Positions 63,736-64,000 of a stretch of DNA of 64,000 bases are shown here, in pieces (the first letter of the stretch is position 1; each line of letters opens with the position of its first letter). The DNA lies in NCBI GenBank assembly GCA_041737595.1, contig JBGSRK010000011.1, positions 66,658 through 130,657 of the forward strand. The letters run 5' to 3'. Source of the DNA: Patescibacteria group bacterium (GTDB lineage: Bacteria; Patescibacteriota; CPR2; UBA1875). A program made the translations under genes and the position numbers. A model generated the notes under the pieces. It saw nothing but the letters and a program-made list of their open reading frames with translations. It was not told the origin of the DNA and did not search any database.

Positions 63736-64000
63736 AACTATTTTAATTCTCTTATAAAGGATTCGGGAACTAAATTTTTATTAGTCTTGATATAAACTTT
63801 CTTATCTTTTTCGCCTGGGTTTACTTCTTCTATTATTAAATTTTTGTCAGATATTATTTCTGTAATTTTTATTTTTTCGATTCCAATGGGTGAAATGACT
63901 TCATAAGATTTATTAATCATAAATTTATTTTTAACAATAATTTCAGCGATATTATCTTTAACTGATAAAACATACCCTAAATATCTTGGACCATAAATTG

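Overview
This is a low-GC (~30-35%) bacterial chromosomal segment with the gene content and style of a Candidate Phyla Radiation / Patescibacteria-like genome. The lineage call is inference from composition and gene content only.

Core genes, left to right:
- L,D-transpeptidase.
- VirD4/TraG-like coupling ATPase.
- gyrB, a small inserted gene, then gyrA carrying a long lysine-rich tail.
- A GC-rich single-gene island.
- Two large cell-surface proteins (1668 aa and 534 aa), each with a signal peptide and a C-terminal TM anchor.
- SAM methyltransferase.

The rRNA locus then begins with 16S rRNA, tRNA-Ile(GAT), a small membrane-protein ORF and tRNA-Ala(TGC).

Directly after tRNA-Ala lies a ~25 kb higher-GC integrated element (~22.4-47.1 kb). 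It carries:
- Two large serine recombinases, one broken by an in-frame TGA.
- A second VirD4/TraG-like ATPase, a replication-relaxation-like protein, a truncated VirB4 fragment and an M23 peptidase broken by an in-frame TAA.
- A Fic protein.
- A seemingly intact diversity-generating retroelement (DGR): GC-rich target gene with VR, a TR differing from VR only at TR adenines, a divergent Avd-like gene and a DGR-type reverse transcriptase.
- A PLD-family nuclease and an XRE regulator.
- A Dcm-type R-M module followed by DUF4238 and HEPN-like genes.

Native low-GC genes resume downstream: purF, murI, an EamA transporter, murD and a response regulator.

The 23S rRNA (~3.39 kb, with three ORF-less intervening/expansion insertions) and the 5S rRNA follow, unlinked from the 16S by ~33 kb.

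The window ends with a KGG-repeat stress protein and a cluster of 7TM membrane protein, ATP-grasp-retropepsin fusion, a second ATP-grasp and a glycosyltransferase.

No CRISPR array was seen.
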